Under the pieces are notes generated by a model. The model saw only the letters and a list, made by a program, of their open reading frames with translations. It ran no database searches and was not told the DNA's origin. A program made the position numbers and the translations under genes. From NCBI GenBank assembly GCA_045657105.1, contig JAZOSN010000059.1, positions 196-64,195 of the forward strand: a stretch of 64,000 nt of DNA. The letters run 5' to 3'. Below are positions 57,003-64,000 of the stretch, piece after piece (the first letter of the stretch is position 1; the number at the start of each line of letters is the position of its first letter). This DNA comes from Eubacteriales bacterium (GTDB lineage Bacteria; Bacillota; Clostridia; Oscillospirales; CAG-272).

Positions 57003-57422
57003 TCACCTTTTAACTGCGTAAAGGCCGCCTGCGGCGTCCGCGAGTCCGATGATCTTGATGACGACTTCGAGCTTATCCCGCTTGTCGTCGCTGAGGAATG
57101 GGCGCATAGCTTCAAGCAGACGTATCCGATCACAAGGTCTGATCCTTCGCTCCTGCCTTCGATTAAAGTCCTCCTCCCGTCGCGCCTCGGGCATATTTTG
57201 TTTTGATACGCTTTCGCTTTTAATTTCGCGAGCCTCGGCATTTTCCGCCTTGTCGGAGCCACCGAGAGAGATCCCGTTAAGGACACCGGACGAGGAAAGA
57301 GTGCTCGCAATATTCATAACCTTTCCGAGCGATTCGGGATCCTCGAGCAGCTTTGAAAGCATCGAGCCCATATCGCCCATATTTCCGATATTCGAGTTCA
57401 TTTCTGCCATCATACCTTTCAA
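57003..57422 (-). CDS. Hypothetical protein (139 aa)
   Basis: The ORF-track start is TTG; nearby in-frame ATGs exist at codons 4, 5 and 8. Met/Gly/Ser-rich N-terminus and a conserved-looking C-terminus, LLEAMRPFLSDDKRDKLEVVIKIIGLADAAGG. Confidence 0.45.
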   Translation of the reverse strand: MKGMMAEMNSNIGNMGDMGSMLSKLLEDPESLGKVMNIASTLSSSGVLNGISLGGSDKAENAEAREIKSESVSKQNMPEARREEDFNRRQERRIRPCDRIRLLEAMRPFLSDDKRDKLEVVIKIIGLADAAGGLYAVKR

Positions 57423-57431
57423 ATTATGTCG

Positions 57432-57719
57432 TTACGTATTTTCTTCGCCGTCGGACGAGCCGCCGCCGACAAGGTCGAGTATCTCGGAAGTTTTCCGAGG
57501 TCCAAGACGTTGTGCGAGCCGTCTTATATCACTGTCGCTGGCGTTTGAAAGCATCGAGCGTATAGCACCGCTGTTTGAGCGCATCATAGCCGCTTGATTT
57601 CTTGATGCTCCGAGCGCGGCAAGGACGGACGAAAGCAGAGCGGAAAATGTTTCGTCGTCAAGCTCGGCGAGCGATCTCAGCTTCTCTATGTCCTCGGCAG
57701 TTATGTCGTATTTTCTCAT
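57432..57719 (-). CDS. Hypothetical protein (95 aa)
   Basis: ATG start. First gene of the three-gene unit, 9 nt from the next ORF. Confidence 0.45.
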   Translation of the reverse strand: MRKYDITAEDIEKLRSLAELDDETFSALLSSVLAALGASRNQAAMMRSNSGAIRSMLSNASDSDIRRLAQRLGPRKTSEILDLVGGGSSDGEENT

Positions 57720-57822
57720 GTTTGCAACTGTTCCTTTCGCTTTTCGTAGTAGGATTTACCTTTCAAGGACAGTATATGCATATTTTTCTCAGTTGACATT
57801 TCATCTTCAAAGAGAGTTATTT

Positions 57823-58341
57823 ATGGAAAGAAAAATAATAGTAGTATCCGATTCTCACGGAGTTATCACAAATCTCAGCAAGGTCTTTGATATGCACGGT
57901 GACGCCGACGCGTTCGTGCATCTCGGGGACGGCGCAAGAGAGTTTAACACGCTCTGCCGTCAAAGAGAGATCGTCGGATATTCCCTGCTCGGCAACTGTG
58001 ACCTCGCCTTTATGTGTCCGTATGCCGAGGCTCCGCACGCGATATACATTATCGGCGGTAAGAAATTTTTTATGACACACGGAAATCTTTACGGAGTAAA
58101 ATCAGGTCGCAAGGTTCTCATTTCGACTGCAAAGGAAAAGGCTTCCGACGTCGATTTTATTCTCTACGGTCATACCCATCTGCCCGAAAATAAATATCTT
58201 TCTCCCGAGAGTGACTCGGAAAAAGGAATATATCTTATAAACCCGGGAAGCATCTCCTGCCCGAGGGAGCTTAACAAACCCTCGTATGCCATAATACTTA
58301 TCAAAGGAGATAACGTTCTCACAAACATTGCCTATTTATAG
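57823..58341 (+). CDS. YfcE/MJ0936-family metallophosphoesterase
   Basis: KIIVVSDSHG, FVHLGDG, GNCD, MTHGNLYG, YGHTH motifs in canonical order. Start moved to ATG 57823 from ORF-track 57688. Confidence 0.85.
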   Translation: MERKIIVVSDSHGVITNLSKVFDMHGDADAFVHLGDGAREFNTLCRQREIVGYSLLGNCDLAFMCPYAEAPHAIYIIGGKKFFMTHGNLYGVKSGRKVLISTAKEKASDVDFILYGHTHLPENKYLSPESDSEKGIYLINPGSISCPRELNKPSYAIILIKGDNVLTNIAYL

Positions 58342-58354
58342 AAAGGAAGCACCG

Positions 58355-58879
58355 ATGCTTAAATACAAGCCCAAACGTTACGCCAAGGTCGCAAAGACGG
58401 TCGAAATAATACTCTTCTCACTTCTTGTTGTTTTAGCCGTAATTACGGCATTTCAGACAAGCTACAAGGTGATCGGTCAAGTTCTCGTTTTTGTCATATC
58501 CGTAGCAATGCTTTACATCGCCGCAAGATATATGATCTACGAGTACACCTACGCCGTATCAAGCGACAAATTCGAGGTCGTAAGAGTTGCAGGCAGAGTG
58601 CCGAACACGCTTATAAGTATTGACATAGAGGCAAGCGATCTTTTAGTTCGTATAGAAAGCAAAAAGGATCTCAAAAAGCACTCGGTCGTAAGGACCGAAA
58701 ACGTATGCGCGAACCTTTCTCCGCGCACACGCCTGTACGCTTATATAACCACGGTAAACGGAAAAAGAACGGCAATTCTTATCGAGGCGGACGAGCTTTT
58801 TGCTCTTGCCGTCGCAGAGCGTATAAATATGAAAAAATTCTCTCAAAAAGAGGACGACAACAGTGATACGGAGGACTGA
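58355..58879 (+). CDS. Two-TM membrane protein, function unknown
   Basis: ATG 58355 with GAAAGGAAG RBS. Helices IILFSLLVVLAVITAF and VLVFVISVAMLYIAARYMIY. Confidence 0.5.
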   Translation: MLKYKPKRYAKVAKTVEIILFSLLVVLAVITAFQTSYKVIGQVLVFVISVAMLYIAARYMIYEYTYAVSSDKFEVVRVAGRVPNTLISIDIEASDLLVRIESKKDLKKHSVVRTENVCANLSPRTRLYAYITTVNGKRTAILIEADELFALAVAERINMKKFSQKEDDNSDTED

Positions 58880-58884
58880 CAGAC

Positions 58885-60627
58885 ATGGCTTTTGACGCAG
58901 GAATGATCCTCGCCGTCGCAAGCGAGCTAAGCGAAAGGATCGTCGGCGCGCGAGTGGAAAAGGTCCACCAGCCCGAGCGTGACGAGATAGTTTTACTGCT
59001 CCATCTCGGACGGGAAAATTTCAGACTTGCCGTATCGGCATCTCCAAATAATCCGCGAATACATTTATCTGCAAACAACAAGGAAAATCCCGCCTCGCCG
59101 CCGATGTTCTGCACGATGCTCAGAAAGTATCTGACGGGTGCAAAAATAACAGAGGTCAGAACGCTCGGATTTGAAAGAATAATCTTTATTGATTTCGAAG
59201 CGCACGACGACCTCGGATACCCCTTCAAGGTAACTCTTGTTGCCGAGATCATGGGAAAATACAGTAATATAATCTTCTGCCGTGACGAGAATATGAAGAT
59301 CCTCGGCGCAGTACGCCCCGTTGACTTCACGACCAGCAGGGTCCGTCAGGTACTCTCGGGAATGTTATACGAGGCGCCGCCTATGCAAAATAGGAAAAAT
59401 CCGCTCGAAGAAACCAGAGAGGGATTTCTCCTGTCGGCAAGGGACTGCGAAAAACGCTCGGATAAGTTCATAACCGACACATATCTCGGAATTTCCTCGA
59501 CTGTCGCAAGAGAGATAGCGTACAGAAGCGTTCAGAGTGTTTCCGACTCTCCCGAGGCTCTTTGCGACGCCTTTTTCGAGTTTGTGGAGATACTAAGATC
59601 AAAACGCTTCAAGGCGGTAATGATCACCGACGAGGACTCGCGCCCGATTGAATATTCATTTTTCGATCTTTTACAGTATTCGGGAATGAAAACGCAGGTT
59701 TTCGGCAGTATTTCCGAGCTCATCGAGGCGTTTTTCTCTACCCGTGACAACACCGAGCGTGTAAAGCAGCGCGCCGCAGATATTTTCAAGCTTCTTTCGA
59801 ACACGAAAAGCCGTCTTGAAAAAAAGACCTCGCTCCAGCTCTCCGAGCTCGAAGAGTGCGAAAAGAAGGAAGAGATGCGTAAATTCGGCGAGCTTATAAC
59901 GGCGAGCATCTATACTCTAAAAAAGGGTATGTCACACGCGAGAGTTATCGACTATTACGTCGAGGATACTCCCGAAATACTTATCCCTCTCGACACCCGA
60001 CTCACTCCGGCTCAGAACGCTCAGGCGTACTACAAAAAATATACCAAAATGAAGAACGCCGAGCGTGAAATATCAAAGCAGATCGAGCAGACCGAACGCG
60101 AGATAGCGTATATTGATTCGGTTCTCGACAGTCTGTCGCGCGCGTGTGGTCAGAGCGAGCTCGACGAGATAAGACGCGAGCTCACAGAGGCGGGCTACGC
60201 TTCTGCGCAGAAAAAGCAAAATCCCGCAAAAAAAGCGCAGAATACCGGAAAACCGATCGAATATATCACCTCGGGCGGATACCGTCTGCTCTGCGGAAAA
60301 AACAACCTGCAAAACGATTATCTGACAACTAAATTTGCCGAGAAGAGCGACTGGTGGTTTCACGTAAAGGGTGCGCCGGGCAGTCATGTCATAATGTTGC
60401 TTGACGGCAGAGAGGAGCCGCCTGCCGAGGACTTCACCGAGGCGGCGACCGTCGCGGCGGTCAACTCTTCCCTTTCAGAGTCAAAGAACGTTTCGGTTGA
60501 CTATACGCTAGTGCGACACATCAAAAAGCCTGCGGCGTCAAAGCCGGGTTTTGTAACCTACAACACCTATTGGAGCGCTCTCGTCACTCCCGACGCCTCG
60601 CTTTGCGAAAGGCTACGTAAAAAGTAA
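58885..60627 (+). CDS. rqcH: Ribosome quality-control protein RqcH (NFACT / FbpA family)
   Basis: MAFDAGMILAVASELSERIVGARVEKVHQPERDEIVLLL (NFACT-N). Coiled-coil middle. C-terminal DWWFHVKGAPGSHVIM (NFACT-R). Confidence 0.9.
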   Translation: MAFDAGMILAVASELSERIVGARVEKVHQPERDEIVLLLHLGRENFRLAVSASPNNPRIHLSANNKENPASPPMFCTMLRKYLTGAKITEVRTLGFERIIFIDFEAHDDLGYPFKVTLVAEIMGKYSNIIFCRDENMKILGAVRPVDFTTSRVRQVLSGMLYEAPPMQNRKNPLEETREGFLLSARDCEKRSDKFITDTYLGISSTVAREIAYRSVQSVSDSPEALCDAFFEFVEILRSKRFKAVMITDEDSRPIEYSFFDLLQYSGMKTQVFGSISELIEAFFSTRDNTERVKQRAADIFKLLSNTKSRLEKKTSLQLSELEECEKKEEMRKFGELITASIYTLKKGMSHARVIDYYVEDTPEILIPLDTRLTPAQNAQAYYKKYTKMKNAEREISKQIEQTEREIAYIDSVLDSLSRACGQSELDEIRRELTEAGYASAQKKQNPAKKAQNTGKPIEYITSGGYRLLCGKNNLQNDYLTTKFAEKSDWWFHVKGAPGSHVIMLLDGREEPPAEDFTEAATVAAVNSSLSESKNVSVDYTLVRHIKKPAASKPGFVTYNTYWSALVTPDASLCERLRKK

Positions 60628-60633
60628 AAAAGC

Positions 60634-60674
60634 AAGCTTACCCCTGCCGAAACGGCAGGGGTAAGCTTTTTTGT
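60634..60674 (+). terminator. Rho-independent terminator after rqcH
   Basis: AAGCTTACCCCTGCCG-aaa-CGGCAGGGGTAAGCTTTTTTGT, a 16-bp stem. Confidence 0.7.
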
Positions 60675-60744
60675 CCCGACTGTAAAGCTCAGACCTTTTC
60701 TGCATATAATGGTAGCGCATCTTATACCGAAAGGACAACAAAAT

Positions 60745-61323
60745 ATGACTCTTCATGACATATCGCTCACGCGAAAAAGCGGCAAAATATCTCATCTCGG
60801 ACGAGAGGTGGTCGTCTACTCAATTGAAATTCCCGAGGTAACCGACGACAAATTTCCAAACTCACTTTTCACAGATACCGCACAGGGCTATTTGGAGTAT
60901 CTTGAAGCCTTTGCCGAAAAAGAGCTTTTTCCCGAGCTTGACAGGCTCGTTTCCGAACAAAAAAGACTGCGCGAGATAAGGCGCGAGCTCGGAATTCCGA
61001 TAAACGCTTTCCTTAACTGGCGTTTCTCGTTTTTAGGAAAAAAATATCTTTCGGCAAGGTGCGAAACGAGGCTTGAATATTCAAATAGCAAGAAGCTTTT
61101 TACCCTGAGAGCGCTCACCTTCGATACTAAAAATATGACTCTAAAAAAAGCTCGTGACTTTTCAAAACGTGAAAGACGGTACAAATATTCATTTTATCTT
61201 TCGGGCTCAAAGCTCTATACGTTCAAAAAAAACAGTGCTTTTACCGAAAAACGCGATACAGCAGACTCTCTTATGGGGCTTCGTATCTGCAAAATAGACA
61301 ATATTGAGGTGCAAAATTTGTGA
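60745..61323 (+). CDS. Hypothetical protein (192 aa)
   Basis: ATG 60745 with AAGGA RBS. The ORF-track ATG 60709 has none. No motif recognised. Confidence 0.45.
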   Translation: MTLHDISLTRKSGKISHLGREVVVYSIEIPEVTDDKFPNSLFTDTAQGYLEYLEAFAEKELFPELDRLVSEQKRLREIRRELGIPINAFLNWRFSFLGKKYLSARCETRLEYSNSKKLFTLRALTFDTKNMTLKKARDFSKRERRYKYSFYLSGSKLYTFKKNSAFTEKRDTADSLMGLRICKIDNIEVQNL

Positions 61324-61478
61324 AAAGGTCAGAAAATTCCTTTATTTAGTAAATTCTATTGAAATTCAGGGCGGGTATATGATATAATATGTTAGATTAT
61401 ACTGACTTATTTTGTGCAGTCGGTAAATGAAAATATATTTGACTCATAAAACAGAGTCAAGTGAAAGGAATGATTTGT

Positions 61479-61799
61479 ATGACGGGCAAAATACTCGACG
61501 ATATACTTGAAGCCGAAGCGCGTGCGTCTGACATAAAAAAAGCGGCAAATGCAAAAGCCGCCGAGATGATCTCGGATGCAAGGCTGAGCGGTGATTCGCT
61601 CTGCCGCGAGATCAGAGAAAAAGCGTCGGCTAAAAAGAAGAGTCTTGCCGCAGAAAGCGCAAGAGTTTCTGCCGAGGTTCTTGAAAAAACGAGAGCCGAA
61701 GCCGAAAACAAGGCTCTTATCGTCTGCGCAGCCGCCTCCGCCAACATACCCGATGCGGTGAATTTCATAATCGGGAAGGTAGGAAGTATATGGCAATAG
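61479..61799 (+). CDS. Small coiled-coil V-type ATPase-associated subunit (G/H-like)
   Basis: ILDDILEAEARASDIKKAANAKAAEMISDAR... is an Ala/Glu/Lys coiled coil overlapping the start of ntpI by 10 nt. Start chosen at ATG 61479 (GAAAGGA RBS). Confidence 0.5.
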   Translation: MTGKILDDILEAEARASDIKKAANAKAAEMISDARLSGDSLCREIREKASAKKKSLAAESARVSAEVLEKTRAEAENKALIVCAAASANIPDAVNFIIGKVGSIWQ

Positions 61800-63754
61800 T
61801 CACAATGAAAAAGCTTTCGCTTGCCGCCGCGGCGTGTGACGCAGACGAGCTTATGCAAAAGCTTATGTGGACAGGCAGCGTCGAGGTTTCCGATGCCTTG
61901 GAAGCCCTCGGCGACGACGGGCGTATATCTCCCGACGAGCGCTTTTCACAAAGACTTGCAGAGCTCTCCGAAAAGCTCGCTCGGTACGAGAGGACGCTTT
62001 CTCTTCTTAAAGCGCACGAAAAAGCGAGCGGCGGTCTTTTCGCAAAAAGAAAGGCGTACGCAAAAGAGGTCTACGACAGTCCCGAGAGGCTTGTTCTCGA
62101 CGACGCGGATGCTCTCGTTTCGCGTGCAAGCGAGGTGCTTAGCGAAATTGATGCATCTCTTGCAGAGGATGCTCGGATACGTACCGCTCTCGCCGCGCTT
62201 ACACCCTGGAAGGCGCTTGACGTAAAGCTTTCGGTAAGAGGTACGGCTTCTACCGAAATGATCCTCGGAGCTCTGCCGAAGGCGGTATCGCTCGAAGCGC
62301 TCAGAGAGGAGCTCGCTACCGAATGTGAAAACGCCGTTTTAGAAGCGGTGTCCGAAAACGATGTAGCATCTTATGTCTGCATATTTTCACTTAAAGAAGA
62401 TGCCGACAGAGTAGGCTCCCTGCTCTCTCGCAAGGGATTTATACGCTCGGATTTCTCGGCGTATGAGGACTCTGCCGCAAAGGAATACGAAAAGCTCATA
62501 GCAAGAAGCGCCGAGCTCGACTCCGAGCGGATAGGTCTTGACGCCTCTCTCAAAAAGCTCGCGCAGTCCTGCGACACTCTGCGGCTCGCCTGCGACGTGG
62601 TCGATTCGCAGATAGCAAAGGTCGAGGCAGAAAAAAGACTCATCTGCACGAAATCGGCAGTAATTCTCTCGGGTTGGGTTCCCGAAAGAAAAACGGGAGC
62701 GATAGAAAGCATACTTTCAAATTACGACTGCTTTTACGAATTTTCAGATCCCGAAGAGGGTGACGACGTTCCCGTTCAGCTTTCAAACAAGTCGATATTC
62801 ACTCCGTTTGAAAGCATAATCGATATGTACGTTCTCCCGAAATACGGATCGTTTGATCCGACCGCGATAATGGCAGTGTTCTATTTCATAATCTTCGGAA
62901 TGATGCTTGCCGACGTGGTTTACGGACTTATTCTCGCACTCGGCGGATTTTGGGCGATAAAGAAGCTCGATCTTCCGAAGGGTGTGAAGCAGCTGGTAAG
63001 GCTCTTTGCCATATGCGGAGTGTCCTGTACGGTGTGCGGAGTGTTCTTCGGAAGCTATCTCGGCGATCTGCCGTCGGCTCTCGTTCAAGCGTTCGGCGGA
63101 GAGGCGTTTACGATGCCGCTCACACTTATCGACACGCTCGGCGATCCGATAACCCTTATCGTCGTTTCGCTTGCAGTCGGACTTATCCATATGCTCGCAG
63201 GTCTTGCAATACAGTTCTACGTGGTCTGCCGTGACAGATCCTTCCTGTTTGCATTCTTTGACGTAGGCGGTTGGTTCATCGTCTTTGCGGGTGCAGGGCT
63301 TTATTTCATCATCGGAAACGGCGGACTTATCGTCCTCGCAATCGGAATTATAGTTATGATGATAGGCGGAGCTCTTAAAAAGACGGGGGTTTTCGGAAGG
63401 ATAGTCGGAAGCTTCGGCGCGGTGTACGGATTTGTCGGATTTGCCTCCGACCTTATATCCTACTCGCGAATCATGGCGCTCGGACTTACGTCTGCGATCA
63501 TCGCAAGCGTGTTCAACATTCTGGCAACGATAGCCCTGCCGAGTCCGCTCGGATTTGTGCTCTTCGTTATCGTCATCATCATAGGACACGTTCTTAACCT
63601 CGGTATCAACATTATAGGTACCTTCGTTCACGCGAGCCGTCTGCAATATATTGAGTTCTTCGGAAAATTCTACGAGGACGGCGGACGGAAATTCTCGCCT
63701 CTCACAACGCGTGAGAAATACACCAAAATAGCAGATCCCGAAGAGCGGGACTGA
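61790..63754 (+). CDS. ntpI: V-type ATP synthase subunit I
   Basis: MAIVTMKKLSLAAAACDADELMQKLMWTGSVEV N-terminus. Cytoplasmic coiled-coil half plus a C-terminal polytopic half with the SYSRIMALGL motif (essential Arg). Confidence 0.9.
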   Translation: MAIVTMKKLSLAAAACDADELMQKLMWTGSVEVSDALEALGDDGRISPDERFSQRLAELSEKLARYERTLSLLKAHEKASGGLFAKRKAYAKEVYDSPERLVLDDADALVSRASEVLSEIDASLAEDARIRTALAALTPWKALDVKLSVRGTASTEMILGALPKAVSLEALREELATECENAVLEAVSENDVASYVCIFSLKEDADRVGSLLSRKGFIRSDFSAYEDSAAKEYEKLIARSAELDSERIGLDASLKKLAQSCDTLRLACDVVDSQIAKVEAEKRLICTKSAVILSGWVPERKTGAIESILSNYDCFYEFSDPEEGDDVPVQLSNKSIFTPFESIIDMYVLPKYGSFDPTAIMAVFYFIIFGMMLADVVYGLILALGGFWAIKKLDLPKGVKQLVRLFAICGVSCTVCGVFFGSYLGDLPSALVQAFGGEAFTMPLTLIDTLGDPITLIVVSLAVGLIHMLAGLAIQFYVVCRDRSFLFAFFDVGGWFIVFAGAGLYFIIGNGGLIVLAIGIIVMMIGGALKKTGVFGRIVGSFGAVYGFVGFASDLISYSRIMALGLTSAIIASVFNILATIALPSPLGFVLFVIVIIIGHVLNLGINIIGTFVHASRLQYIEFFGKFYEDGGRKFSPLTTREKYTKIADPEERD

Positions 63755-63760
63755 TTATAA

Positions 63761-64000
<240 letters not shown>

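Overview
The window looks like chromosomal DNA from a spore-forming Clostridia-class Firmicute. This placement rests on spoIIGA-sigE, a CwlD-like amidase, SCIFF, PFOR and a V-type ATPase. Coding density is about 90%, and I found no rRNA, tRNA, CRISPR array, transposase or prophage.

Left third (0.8-25 kb), the apparent accessory region:
- A roughly 16-kb minus-strand operon encodes a 2445-aa subtilisin (S8) protease fused to a BspA-type leucine-rich-repeat array. It is followed by a lipoprotein, an oversized OppA-like binding protein, OppBCDF and a small tail-anchored protein.
- This operon is divergent from three paralogous lipoprotein genes. The first carries an embedded thioredoxin-fold CxxC domain.
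- The lipoprotein genes converge on a gene pair encoding a CxxC-tailed membrane protein and a NapH-like polyferredoxin fused to an extracytoplasmic thioredoxin domain. I consider this pair the best candidate for an undescribed system: an extracytoplasmic reductant relay, possibly serving protein foraging.

The rest of the window:
- An unlisted 52-aa SCIFF precursor with its radical-SAM maturase.
- A GH38-like enzyme with a DnaJ-type zinc-finger insert.
- A surface CotH protein on a stalk of about 130 Glu-Pro residues.
- Degenerate VanY-like and PBP5-like proteins.
- A zeta-toxin pair.
- Housekeeping genes: radA, rnhA, ribF, cysE, nifJ, rqcH and ntpIK.

Three intergenic regions are built almost entirely from short hairpin repeats. 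All calls come from reading the sequence and ORF track by eye; no searches were run.
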